From the NCBI GenBank assembly GCA_949450265.1, contig CASTMW010000001.1, positions 1 through 45,376 of the forward strand: a DNA stretch of 45,376 nt, given 5' to 3'. Below the pieces are notes generated by a model. The model was not told where the DNA came from and searched no databases. It worked only from the letters and a program-made list of their open reading frames with translations. Source of the DNA: an uncultured Eggerthellaceae bacterium. Lineage in GTDB: Bacteria > Actinomycetota > Coriobacteriia > Coriobacteriales > Eggerthellaceae. Positions 21,130-31,995 of the stretch are shown one piece after another. The translations under genes were made by a program, and so were the position numbers. Position 1 is the first letter of the stretch, and every line of letters begins with the position of its first letter.

Positions 21130-21198
21130 GTTCGTGTTCCAAGCGTTGCTCGGCTGGATCGATCGCATTGCCTTGCCTTGCACCGCGCGCTGCTCGAC

Positions 21199-21228
21199 CG
21201 GCACCTGATCGCGTGCGATCAGGTGCCG
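21199..21228. promoter_or_regulatory. Perfect 14-bp inverted repeat overlapping the predicted aspS -35
   Basis: CGGCACCTGATCGC-GT-GCGATCAGGTGCCG; -10 TACAAT at 21246-21251. Confidence 0.55.
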
Positions 21229-21288
21229 ATACGGCGCATCTGGCGTACAATGATGCAGTTTGAGTTCTTGCGAAACAGGAGACACTTC

Positions 21289-23076
21289 ATGGCTGACACC
21301 ATCGACCACATGAACGAATACAGCATGCACACCGCCACGTGCGGCCAACTTCGCGCCAGCGATGTGGGGCAGCAGGTGACGTTGACCGGCTGGGCATGGC
21401 ACAATCGCGATCATGGCGGCCTCATCTTCATCGACCTGCGCGACCGCACAGGCTACACCCAGATCGTGGTGGACCCCGATTGCGTGAGCACTGAGGATTT
21501 TGCCTGTGCTGAGCATATCGGGCGCGAATATGTGCTGCGCGTGGTGGGCATCGTGCGCGAGCGTGCGGCCGATGCGGTGAACCCGAACATGGCCACCGGC
21601 CAGATCGAAGTGCTGGCAAGTCAGCTTGAGGTGCTGAACACGTCGGTCACCCCGCCGTTCCAGATCGAGGATGGCATCGAGACCGACGAGACCACGCGCA
21701 TGAGATGGCGCTATCTTGACCTGCGCCGTCCCGAGATGTACGCGAACATCGAGCTGCGCCATCGGGTCATGCAGGCCATGCGTCATGCGCTCGACGAACG
21801 CGGTTTCATCGAAGTGGAAACGCCCATCCTGGCCAATTCCACGCCAGAGGGCGCGCGCGACTACATCGTTCCCAGCCGCCCGAACCCGGGCACGTTCTAT
21901 GCGCTGCCGCAGAGCCCGCAGCAGTTCAAGCAGATGCTGATGGCCGGTGGCGTGGAGTGCTACTTCCAGATCGCGCGCTGATTCCGCGACGCGGACCTGC
22001 GCGCCGACCGCCAGCCCGAGTTCACCCAGATCGACATCGAGATGTCGTTCGTCACCGAAGACGACGTGATGACCATGATGGAGGACGTGCTGCACGAGGT
22101 GTTCGCCGCTGTGGGTATGGACCTGCCCGTGCCGCTGCCCCGCATGCCCTATGCCGAGGCCATGGCGCGCTACGGCAACGATCGTCCCGATGTGCGCTTC
22201 GGCATGGAACTGCATGATATCACCGACATCGTGCGCGACACTGGCTTCAAGGTGTTCAGCAGCGTGGCCCAGTCGGGCGGCGTGGTGAAGGCCATCAACG
22301 CGAAGGGCGCAGGCGACTGGAGCCGTGGGGAAGTGGAGAAGCTGGCGGCCATCGCCGAGGTGAACGGTGCGAAGGGCATGGCCTGGGTCGCGTTCACCAC
22401 GGCAGGCGAAGAGAAGAGCCCCATCAAGAAGTTCTTCACCGACGAGGAATGGGCCGCGCTGAAGGCAGAGATGGACGTGGAGCCGGGTGACCTGCTGCTG
22501 TTCGCGGCTGACCAGCCCGCCATCGCCAACGCGGTGCTCTCGGCGTTGCGCCTGCACATGGCCGAGGCACTGGACGTGCCACGCGAGGGGCATGCACTTC
22601 TGTGGGTGGTCGACTTCCCCATGTTCCGCTACGACGAGGACGAGAAAAAGTACGCTGCCGAGCATCATCCATTCAGCAAGGTATGCGACGAGGACATGGA
22701 CCGCATCGAGAGTGACACGCTGGGCGTGAAGAGCTACGCCTACGACGTGGTGATGGATGGCTACGAGCTGGGTGGCGGTTCCATCCGCATCCACGATGCG
22801 GCCGAGCAGCGCCGCATCCTGCGCGTGCTGGGACTCACCGACGAGCAGATCGACGAGAAGTTTGGGCACCTGATCCACGCGCTGGAGCTGGGCACCCCGC
22901 CGCATGGCGGCATTGCACTGGGCCTGGATCGCCTGATCATGCTGCTGGCGGGCAAGGATTCCATTCGCGACGTGATCGCCTTTCCGAAGACCAGTAGCGC
23001 CAGCGACCCTATGACCGGCGCGCCGAACGAGGTGACCGCGCGTCAGCTGAAGGAAGTGGGTTTGCGCCTGCTGTAG
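21289..23076 (+). pseudogene. aspS: Aspartate--tRNA ligase with an in-frame TGA at codon 231 (pseudogene, sequence error or recoded)
   Basis: One continuous frame of 595 codons: [70 protein letters not shown] is at 21979-21981. Confidence 0.85.
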
Positions 23077-23169
23077 GGAGAAGCCCTGCGATCCATGCGT
23101 TCATCCTTGCAAAGAGCAAACAGATGTTCTATGATGGCGTGAGCCGAAACACGCAAGGAACGGAGCAGC

Positions 23170-23706
23170 ATGGCATTGGACAGGCTCATACTCGGCATAG
23201 ACCCGGGTCTGGCGAACACCGGTTGGGGCGTGGTGCACCAAGCTGGTAGCCGTCTTTCCTGCGTGGCCTATGGATGCGTGCCCACGCCTGCTCAGCACGA
23301 TCTGGCAGCTCGTCTGTTGAGGATATACGATCAGATCGGGGCAGTGGTGCACCGGTTTCAGCCCACGTGCGTCGGCATCGAAACGGTGTGGTTCGGCCAG
23401 AACATCACCGCTGCGTTCGCCACGGGGCAAGCGCGCGGCGCGGCCTTGGTGGCATGCGCGCAAGGCGGTCTGGAGGTGAGCGAGTTCTCTCCCAAGCAGA
23501 TCAAGCTGGCTGTGGTTGGCACGGGCAGTGCCGAAAAGGACCAGGTGCAGTACATGGTGCAGAAGCTGCTTGCGTTGGAAGAGGTGCCACGGCCCGACCA
23601 TGCCTCCGATGCGCTGGCAGCGGCCATCACGTTCACCACGCATTCTGGCATGGCCGAGCAGCGCCTGGCAGAATTGATGGCGCAAGCAGAAAGGAAGTCC
23701 GCATGA
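23170..23706 (+). CDS. ruvC: Holliday junction resolvase
   Basis: ILGIDPGLANTGWG, QARG, IKLAVVGTGSAEKDQV, DHASDALA. Confidence 0.95.
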   Translation: MALDRLILGIDPGLANTGWGVVHQAGSRLSCVAYGCVPTPAQHDLAARLLRIYDQIGAVVHRFQPTCVGIETVWFGQNITAAFATGQARGAALVACAQGGLEVSEFSPKQIKLAVVGTGSAEKDQVQYMVQKLLALEEVPRPDHASDALAAAITFTTHSGMAEQRLAELMAQAERKSA

Positions 23707-24293
23707 TCGCGTTCCTTGCAGGGCAGCTGGCCGCGAAGAGCCTTTCTGGTGCGGTGGTGGACGTGGGTGGCGTGGGTTATCAGGTGCTCATGTCGCAGGA
23801 TGCGCTGTCGAAGCTGGGCGCGGTGGGCGCCGATGTGCGCGTGCTCACGTACCTGCATGTCAGCGATAGCGGTGTGATGTTGTACGGGTTCTTGGCCGAG
23901 GACGAGAAGGCCATGTTCGAGAAGCTGATCGGCGTGTCGGGCGTAGGCCCGAAGATGGCGTTGGCGGCGCTGTCCACCTTCAGCCCGTGCGCCCTTGCCG
24001 ATGCCATAGCCGCGCAGGACTCAACGCAGGTGGCGAAGATCCCTGGCGTTGGCAAGAAAACAGCGCAGCGCATCATCTTGGAATTGAAGGGCACGCTGGA
24101 AGAGAGCGACGGTGGCCTGTTCGTTGCCGATGACGATCGGTCGGTCATGGATGCGCGCTTGACGGGCGCATCCGAGGCGCTGCTCGCCATGGGCTTCACG
24201 GCCGCCGAGGCCGAACTGGCCTTGAAGGGCGCTCCTGAAGGTGCCACGGAAAGCGCGCTGGTAAAATACGCGTTGAAGCGTCTTGGCGGATAG
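23703..24293 (+). CDS. ruvA: Holliday junction branch migration protein
   Basis: MIAFLAG, DVGGVGY, LYGF, VSGVGPKMA, IPGVGKKTAQRIILELK; ATGA overlap with ruvC. Confidence 0.95.
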   Translation: MIAFLAGQLAAKSLSGAVVDVGGVGYQVLMSQDALSKLGAVGADVRVLTYLHVSDSGVMLYGFLAEDEKAMFEKLIGVSGVGPKMALAALSTFSPCALADAIAAQDSTQVAKIPGVGKKTAQRIILELKGTLEESDGGLFVADDDRSVMDARLTGASEALLAMGFTAAEAELALKGAPEGATESALVKYALKRLGG

Positions 24294-24395
24294 CGCGGGC
24301 GTGCGAATGTGTGGACAGTGTGGCTGCACGCAGGTGTGCATGGGCAGCGTCTCCATCGAGCGCGCTGAGCGGCAGACAGAGCAGAAAGCGACCTG

Positions 24396-25463
24396 GTGTC
24401 TAAGATGGACGAGATAGAGGGCATGATCTTCCAAGCTGAAGCGGGCGCCGCTGGTCAAGGCGCGCGTCAGCGTGCCATGACCCCCGAGCTCACCGAAGAG
24501 GACATCGCCTTCGATCGGTCGCTGCGCCCGAAGCGCTTCGACGATTATCTGGGGCAATCCAAGGTGAAGGAATCACTGAAGGTGATGATCGAAGCGGCGT
24601 TGTCGCGGGGGGATGTGGTGGACCATATCCTGTTCAGCGGACCTCCTGGGCTTGGAAAGACCACGCTGGCATCCGTCGTTGCCAGCGAACTGGATGCGAA
24701 CATTCGCACCACCAGCGGGCCAGCCATCGAGCGCACGGGCGATCTGGCGGCCATCCTGACCAATCTTGAAGAGGGCGACGTGCTGTTCATCGATGAGATA
24801 CATCGCTTGAACCGTATGGTGGAAGAGATCCTCTATCCAGCGCTTGAGGATTTCAGTCTGGACATCATGGTGGGAAAGGGTCCTGCTGCGCGCTCCATCA
24901 GGCTGGACATTCCGCGCTTCACTATGATCGGCGCTACCACGCGCACAGGGCTTCTGACCGGCCCGTTGCGCGACCGCTTCGGTATCGTCTATCGGCTGGA
25001 ATATTACACGCCAGACGAATTGGCGGATATCGTAGAGCGCTCGGCCACCATTTTGGACATCGGCATCGACCGGGAGGGCGCGCTGGAGATCGCACGGCGC
25101 TCACGCGGTACGCCGCGTTTGGCGAACCGCATGCTCAAGCGCGTGCGCGACTGGGCACAGGTGCGCAGCGATGGGCACATCACCGAAGATGTGGCCGCGC
25201 AGGCGCTCAGCTTCTTCGAGGTGGACGATCTGGGCCTTGATGCCATGGACAACCGCATTTTGCACACGCTGTGCGTGCAATTCTCTGGAGCACCAGTGGG
25301 TCTGACCACGCTGGCATCTGCTTTATCGGAAGAGACCGATACGCTTGAAGATGTGTATGAGCCCTATCTGATGCAGCAGGGGCTGCTCATCCGCACGCCA
25401 AAGGGACGTGTGGCCACGGCGCGGGCGTTCGAGCACTTGGGCATGATGCCTCCTGCTTCCTAA
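24396..25463 (+). CDS. ruvB: Holliday junction branch migration helicase
   Basis: [42 protein letters not shown]. Confidence 0.96.
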   Translation: MSKMDEIEGMIFQAEAGAAGQGARQRAMTPELTEEDIAFDRSLRPKRFDDYLGQSKVKESLKVMIEAALSRGDVVDHILFSGPPGLGKTTLASVVASELDANIRTTSGPAIERTGDLAAILTNLEEGDVLFIDEIHRLNRMVEEILYPALEDFSLDIMVGKGPAARSIRLDIPRFTMIGATTRTGLLTGPLRDRFGIVYRLEYYTPDELADIVERSATILDIGIDREGALEIARRSRGTPRLANRMLKRVRDWAQVRSDGHITEDVAAQALSFFEVDDLGLDAMDNRILHTLCVQFSGAPVGLTTLASALSEETDTLEDVYEPYLMQQGLLIRTPKGRVATARAFEHLGMMPPAS

Positions 25464-25571
25464 CGCACGGTACCTCACGCGCCATGAAGCTGGCGTTTAA
25501 GGGAGCGCACCGTAAGCGCTCTACCATTGCCCGTTTCGACAGAGGGGCTGCATACAGAGAGGGGTCAGCAT

Positions 25572-25600
25572 AAAAAATGACCCGCCGTGCAGCGGGTCAT
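25572..25600 (-). terminator. Rho-independent terminator of csp
   Basis: ATGACCCGC/GCGGGTCAT stem with a T-run on the minus strand. Confidence 0.75.
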
Positions 25601-25630
25601 GCAGGTTCTGAATGTATGTTCCAGTTCCAG

Positions 25631-25834
25631 CTACTTCTTCATGACGTTGCTGGCCTGCAGCTTGCCGTTCTGACCGGTCGTGATGTCGAACGTGACAGCT
25701 GCGCCTTCGTCGAGGGTCTTGAATCCGTCCATCTGGATCTCAGAGAAGTGAACGAACAGGTCCTCGCCGTCCTCCTGAGAGATGAAGCCGTAGCCCTTGT
25801 CGGGGTTGAACCACTTTACAGTACCTTCAGCCAT
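25631..25834 (-). CDS. cspA: Cold-shock protein (CspA family)
   Basis: [27 protein letters not shown]; 67 aa. Confidence 0.95.
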   Translation of the reverse strand: MAEGTVKWFNPDKGYGFISQEDGEDLFVHFSEIQMDGFKTLDEGAAVTFDITTGQNGKLQASNVMKK

Positions 25835-25983
25835 GCTAATTCCCACTTTCTTCCCCCGCCTATCGGGGGATCACACAGCGGTACGCACCTCGCGCACCGT
25901 CGCTTCGCTTCGAAGCAACGCATAACTATACGCTACTTGCTCAGCATTCCAGACGCAATTCGCGCAGAATTTCAAAGTTTAAG

Positions 25984-26418
25984 CTAATCGTTACCTTTAT
26001 CGAGAAACGCGCGCATGGCTTCATCGGCCTGCTCGGGTTGTGCGCAAGCGCCCGCCTCTTCCATGTCGGCGATATCGTGCCCATACGCCGCGGCGATGGC
26101 GCGCGCTTGATCGGCCCGCAGCGATGCCATCTCGTCTTGCCCGGCATCGCTACGATACGAGGCAGCCAGCATCAGCGAGCGTGCCATGTACTCGGTGAGC
26201 GCCGGATCGGTACCCGACACTTGCAAGACGGTGGCAATGGAGTCGGGCGCTAGCGCCAGCAGCGCATCGCCATCGATGTCCACCGCCTGGCCAACGGCCG
26301 CTTCCAGCAGCTCAGCCGCACCTCGGGGGTCGCGCTCATCGGTCTGCCGCTGCATCGCGCGCATGATGCCCGCTGCGAAATCCACCAGCATCCGCACCAG
26401 ATAATCCTGTGTCAGCAT
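25984..26418 (-). CDS. Conserved hypothetical helical protein (DUF6483-like N-terminus)
   Basis: Starts MLTQDYLVRML; GAGAGGG RBS and upstream TACAAT. Family call is tentative. Confidence 0.7.
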   Translation of the reverse strand: MLTQDYLVRMLVDFAAGIMRAMQRQTDERDPRGAAELLEAAVGQAVDIDGDALLALAPDSIATVLQVSGTDPALTEYMARSLMLAASYRSDAGQDEMASLRADQARAIAAAYGHDIADMEEAGACAQPEQADEAMRAFLDKGND

Positions 26419-26506
26419 GGTCCCTCTCGTTCTCTTGAATGCCGTGTATCCATTGTAGCGGTCCGTTCTGTGCGAACGGTGATGTGCGGTGATACGCCGT
26501 GCGGCG

Positions 26507-27592
26507 CTACACGATCAGCATGGCGTCGCCGAACGAGAGCATGCGGTAGCGCTCGGTGATGGCGTGCGCGTAGGCCGCCATGATCTGGTCGCGGCTGGAG
26601 AAGGCGGATACCAGCATCATCAGCGTGGAACGCGGCACGTGAAAGTTCGTGATCAGTGCATCTACCACATGGAAGGTGCTGCCGGGGAGCAGGAAGAGCG
26701 ACGTTGCGGCGCGCTCGGTCGGCTGGATGCGCCCAGCCTGCGCATCCCAGGCGCTCTCCAGCGATCGCACACTGGTGGTGCCCACGGCTATCACGCGCCC
26801 TCCCGCCTCTTTTGTGCGCTCGATGGCGCGCACCGTATGCTCAGGCACGGTGTAGCGCTCGGTGTGCATGGCGTGGTCCTCGGCGTTCTCTTCGTCCACC
26901 ACGCGGAACGTGTCCAGTCCCACCTCCAGCTCGACGGTCTCCCATCCGATGCCCTTCTTCTGGCAGCGTTCGATCAGCTGCGGCGTGAAGTGCAGCCCAG
27001 CGGTGGGCGCGGCAGCCGAGCTTTCGCGTTTCGCATAGACGGTCTGGTACATCTCTGCATCGCCCGCGTAGTCCTTGATGTAGGGCGGCAGGGGCGTGGT
27101 GCCCACGGCGTGCAGCGCCTCGTCGAGGGATGGCAGCTGCGTGGTCAGTCGGGCCAGCCGCTCGCCCTTCTGCGCACCGGATGCCCAATCAACGATCTCG
27201 GCTGAGAGCACCACCTGGCCGCATGCGTCGGCGAAGTCGACCACGGCACCCGAGGCGGGTTTCAGGCGCTTGCCGGGACGCACGAGCACCTCCCAGAACG
27301 CCAACTGGTTCGTGCGCGGCTCGGGACCTGCCGCTTCGCGCAGCAGGAACACCTCGGCCGCCCCGCCGGTGCCGCGTTTGGCGCCCAGCAAACGTGCCGG
27401 CAGCACGCGGGTCTCGTTCGCCACCAGCAGATCCCCCGGATGCAGATAGTCGATCACGTCCCGGAAGATGCGGTCCTCCAAGCGTCCATCAATGCGGTGC
27501 AGCACCAGCAGACGGCACTCGTCGCGCACGGCGGCGGGAGCCTGGGCGATCAGCTCGGGGGGCAATTCGTAATCGAAATCAGCGGTCTTCAT
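26507..27592 (-). CDS. queA: S-adenosylmethionine:tRNA ribosyltransferase-isomerase
   Basis: DFDYELPPELIAQ, PLPPYI, YQTVYA, AAPTAGLHF, AVGTTSVRSLE, ITNFHVPRSTL, SFGDAM. Confidence 0.96.
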   Translation of the reverse strand: MKTADFDYELPPELIAQAPAAVRDECRLLVLHRIDGRLEDRIFRDVIDYLHPGDLLVANETRVLPARLLGAKRGTGGAAEVFLLREAAGPEPRTNQLAFWEVLVRPGKRLKPASGAVVDFADACGQVVLSAEIVDWASGAQKGERLARLTTQLPSLDEALHAVGTTPLPPYIKDYAGDAEMYQTVYAKRESSAAAPTAGLHFTPQLIERCQKKGIGWETVELEVGLDTFRVVDEENAEDHAMHTERYTVPEHTVRAIERTKEAGGRVIAVGTTSVRSLESAWDAQAGRIQPTERAATSLFLLPGSTFHVVDALITNFHVPRSTLMMLVSAFSSRDQIMAAYAHAITERYRMLSFGDAMLIV

Positions 27593-27783
27593 AGCAAGCC
27601 ATATCTCTTATATCGGTCGAGCATCGATGAGAGGGCCATCTTCTGTGCGAGAAGCTGGCGAAACGTTGCCGTCCTTTCCTTGCCAGCGTCGCGCAGTTCG
27701 TCCACGCGCGATGCGGTCTCGTCGTATTCCGCAACGATATCGTCGCGCATGCGCAAGAAGGCTTCAAGGGATACGTCAGGCAT
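27589..27783 (-). CDS. Small hypothetical protein (64 aa) coupled between queH and queA
   Basis: MPDVSLEAFLRMRDD...RYGLL; overlaps the queH stop and the queA start (ATGA). Confidence 0.7.
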   Translation of the reverse strand: MPDVSLEAFLRMRDDIVAEYDETASRVDELRDAGKERTATFRQLLAQKMALSSMLDRYKRYGLL

Positions 27784-28537
27784 CGGGTCGATCCTTCCTC
27801 TGTGCGCGCAGCTCTTTGAGCACGGCGCGCTTGTGGGCCTGCTTGGTATCGTAGGCAGCCCGCTGCGCTCGGCGCGCTTGGAGCCGCGCCTCTTCGGGTG
27901 CGCGCGCGGCTGCTCGCTTCGCGCGCTCTTCTTCGCGCGCTCGCGCCCTTGCTTTCCGTTCGGCCTGCGCTTCGGCATCCGAGAATCGGCATCCGCAGTA
28001 GTTCTGACGATACAGGCCCGCATCGCGGCTGCGGCGCGTGGCTTGCGCGTAGTGCGGCGAATAATCCTCGAAGAAGGGCGCGATCCCAGCCCGCTGGCAT
28101 GCTCGCTCCAGCTCTTCTTCGATGATCCGCGTGTATTGGTATGGGCTCACGGAAAGCGTCGTGCCCAGCGCATCGAAGCCGTGCTGGCGCGCGTGGGCCA
28201 CTGCCGTCTCAAAGCGCAGCCGATAGCAGGCGCGACAGCGAGCCTGCCGCTGCTGCTCATTACCAGGGGCAGCAGCATCGCCGATGCGCCCGGCCGTGGC
28301 CTCCCATGCGTCAGGATCGTAGGCTCCTTCGGTCAGTGCAAGCTGCTCGGTGGCAGCCCATGCGCTGATGGTGTCGCGTCGCTGCTGGTACTCGTCAGCA
28401 GGTGCGATGTTGGGGTTGGCGAAGTAGAGATGTGGCTCGATCTGCCGTTCGCGCAACAGCCGAACGGGTTCCATGCTGCAGGGTCCGCAGCACGCGTGCA
28501 GCAGCAGTTTGGCGGGTTTGTCATCTGTGGAGAGCAC
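27776..28537 (-). CDS. queH: Epoxyqueuosine reductase QueH (DUF208)
   Basis: LLLHACCGPCS, NPNI, RCRACYRLR, TTLSVSP, YRQNYCGCRFS; charged C-terminal extension. Confidence 0.93.
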   Translation of the reverse strand: MLSTDDKPAKLLLHACCGPCSMEPVRLLRERQIEPHLYFANPNIAPADEYQQRRDTISAWAATEQLALTEGAYDPDAWEATAGRIGDAAAPGNEQQRQARCRACYRLRFETAVAHARQHGFDALGTTLSVSPYQYTRIIEEELERACQRAGIAPFFEDYSPHYAQATRRSRDAGLYRQNYCGCRFSDAEAQAERKARARAREEERAKRAAARAPEEARLQARRAQRAAYDTKQAHKRAVLKELRAQRKDRPDA

Positions 28538-28555
28538 GGCGCTATACTACCATGG
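28537..28555. promoter_or_regulatory. Overlapping bidirectional -10 elements
   Basis: Plus TATACT at 28543-28548; minus TGgTAGTAT with the hexamer at 28549-28544. Confidence 0.55.
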
Positions 28556-28615
28556 AACGTTCCCGCGCCGCAGCGCATGGTGTTCGCTGCGCCGGTCCAT
28601 GAAAGGATGGAAGGG

Positions 28616-29530
28616 ATGGGAAGATCGTATCGAGCGGTGTGCTTCGATCTTGACGGCACGCTGCTGCCGATGGACATAGATGAGTTCATGGCGAAGTACT
28701 TCGCTGGCATTGCTGCGTTCATGACAGCGAACGGCCAAGATGGCGAACGCTTCATGGCTGCCTTGAAGGCGGGCACGAAGGCCATGGCCACCCATGCCGA
28801 CGACGCGCTCAACAGCGATGCGTTCTGGCGCACGTTCTTCGAGGTGTACGGGGTGGCTGACCTGTCGCAGCAGGAGCGCCTGCAGCAGCTTTCCACGCGG
28901 TATTACGACGAGGCGTTCCCGCATATCGGGGATGGCTTCCAGGGTGACCCGACCGCGGCCCGCGTGATAGCGAAGCTGGCGGCGAAAGGGTATCCGCTGG
29001 TGCTGACCACCATGCCCATGTTCCCGCGGGCAGCAGTGGAGCATCGTCTGGAATGGGCTGGCGTGGACCCAGCAGCGTTTGCGCGCATCACCCACTACGG
29101 CAATTCCAAGAGCGTGAAGCCCAAGCAGACCTATTATGCCGAGAACCTGGCAGCCATGGGTGTTGCGGGAGATGAGGTGCTCATGGTGGGCAACAACACC
29201 ATGGAGGACCTGTCGTTCCTCGATCTGGGGGCTGATGCGTACTTGGTGACCGATTGGTTGCTCGATCCGGTGGGGTTCGACCTTGACACGGTGCGGCATG
29301 GGAGCATGGCGGATCTGGAAGCGTGGGTGGACGGACTGCCCGCCTGTGCTGACCCGGCGGCCTCCATCAGTGATGCGCCCGTGGCCCAGCAGGCCATGCA
29401 GCAGGCGTTGGCTGCCAACGCGGTGGACGGGCTTGATCTGGCCGATGCTGCTCGGAAAGCGGCAGCGGTGGCCGATGCGGTGGCGGGCGACCATGAGCCG
29501 GGCGCTGCAGGCCGCCTGAAGGTGCGGTAG
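28616..29530 (+). CDS. HAD-superfamily hydrolase
   Basis: FDLDGTLLP motif I, LTT motif II, KP motif III, MVGNN..ED motif IV; GAAAGGA RBS. The 27440 start in the ORF track is a spurious extension. Confidence 0.88.
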   Translation: MGRSYRAVCFDLDGTLLPMDIDEFMAKYFAGIAAFMTANGQDGERFMAALKAGTKAMATHADDALNSDAFWRTFFEVYGVADLSQQERLQQLSTRYYDEAFPHIGDGFQGDPTAARVIAKLAAKGYPLVLTTMPMFPRAAVEHRLEWAGVDPAAFARITHYGNSKSVKPKQTYYAENLAAMGVAGDEVLMVGNNTMEDLSFLDLGADAYLVTDWLLDPVGFDLDTVRHGSMADLEAWVDGLPACADPAASISDAPVAQQAMQQALAANAVDGLDLADAARKAAAVADAVAGDHEPGAAGRLKVR

Positions 29531-30682
<1,152 letters not shown>

Positions 30683-30692
30683 GAGCTCGCGC

Positions 30693-31985
30693 ATGAGCAG
30701 CTTCAACCCCAGGGTCTATGCCGATCTTCTGCGCGTGCGGCAGGCGTACGCCTTCGAGGCGGGGTGCTTCCTCATGCGCTTCTACGCATACATGATGAAC
30801 ATCGGCACGGTGACCATGCTGACGCTGGCGGGGTATTCGTTCTTCGTGGCGGGGCTGACCTCGTCGGTCATCGCGCTGTCCACGTTCTTCATCGCGCCGC
30901 GCGTGTCGAAGCGGGTGGATGAGCGCGGGCAGCATCGGGTGGTGCCGGTGGCGGCGGCCATCACCATGGCTGGGCTTGCCATCATGCTGGGCAACGTGGT
31001 GGTGCACGGACCGGAATGGGTGCTGTTCGCGGCGGCGCTGCCCATGGGCTTCGTGCCGAACCCGCAGGCGCTGGCGCGGGCGCGCTGGACGTTCCTCATC
31101 CGCTCGGGACGTTTGGGCGATGCAGCGCCCGACCTGCGCACCATGTTCAGCTATGAAGGGGTGCTCGACGACATCGGGTTCATGTTCAGCCCGTCCATCA
31201 GTATCGCGCTGGCATCGGCCATCACGCCGGTGGCGGGGCTTCTGGCCGGTGGTGTGTCGTTCGCGGTGGGTACCACGCTGCTCACGCTGTCACGCTCGAC
31301 CGAGCCGGTGCCAGGCTGGAGCGATGCCACGCGCGGTGCGGCCGGTGCGGATGCGGCAGCGAAGGCGGTCGCTCGCCCGAAGAGCGTGCTGCGCACTTCG
31401 TCGGTGGTGCGGGTGCTCTTCGCCATCATGTTCTTCGTGGGCGCGTTCTTCAGCGTCTTCGATGCCACCACCGTGGCGCTGTCCGAGGAATTGGGCAATC
31501 CGAACATCGCCAGCGTGGTGCTGATCGTGGCCTCGTGTGTGTCCATGGTGACGGGCTTCCTGTTCGGCATGGTGCATCTGCGTATCCCGCAGTACGCGCA
31601 GCTGCTGGTCACCGCCGTCATCATCGGGTGCGCCTACGGCAGCATGTTCCTGGTCGATTCGGCGATGTCGCTGTTCATCATGTCCACCATCGCGGCGCTG
31701 TTCTACGCGCCGCTGCTCATCACGGCAAACGCCACGTGCGAGCTCGCCGTGCCCGGCAGTCGCATCACTGAGGCCATCACGTGGATGAACGCGGGCATGA
31801 CATGCGGCATGGCGTTCGGGCCGTCGGTCAGCGGCATCATCGTGGATACGTGGGGCGCGGCGGCCAGCTTCGATTTCGGGGCCGTGCTGGCGTTCGCGGT
31901 GCCGGTGACGGCGCTGCTGGGCGCGCGCATCTTGAAGCGGGGCTTGCGCACCAGCTATGAGGTGATCGGAACCGAGAAGGAATAG
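30693..31985 (+). CDS. MFS transporter
   Basis: About 12 TM segments in a 6+6 layout; motif A variant SKRVDERGQHR; RBS AGGAG overlaps the tgt stop. Confidence 0.88.
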   Translation: MSSFNPRVYADLLRVRQAYAFEAGCFLMRFYAYMMNIGTVTMLTLAGYSFFVAGLTSSVIALSTFFIAPRVSKRVDERGQHRVVPVAAAITMAGLAIMLGNVVVHGPEWVLFAAALPMGFVPNPQALARARWTFLIRSGRLGDAAPDLRTMFSYEGVLDDIGFMFSPSISIALASAITPVAGLLAGGVSFAVGTTLLTLSRSTEPVPGWSDATRGAAGADAAAKAVARPKSVLRTSSVVRVLFAIMFFVGAFFSVFDATTVALSEELGNPNIASVVLIVASCVSMVTGFLFGMVHLRIPQYAQLLVTAVIIGCAYGSMFLVDSAMSLFIMSTIAALFYAPLLITANATCELAVPGSRITEAITWMNAGMTCGMAFGPSVSGIIVDTWGAAASFDFGAVLAFAVPVTALLGARILKRGLRTSYEVIGTEKE

Positions 31986-31995
31986 GTAGGGCGCT

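Noticed and set aside
21979-21981. Genome-wide UGA reassignment as the explanation for the aspS stop
   Set aside because: TGA ends many genes here at their expected C-termini, often in ATGA overlaps; Trp is encoded by TGG; the aspS site aligns with Cys.
19777-22905. 1042-aa minus-strand ORF
   Set aside because: Antisense shadow of hisS and aspS caused by GC-rich codon bias; no motifs. The same applies to 6131-7582, 16182-17600 and other long antisense ORFs.
27440-28615. Apparent 696-aa protein with a long N-terminal domain before the HAD
   Set aside because: The extension is antisense to queA, the small ORF and queH; the HAD has its own RBS and start at 28616.
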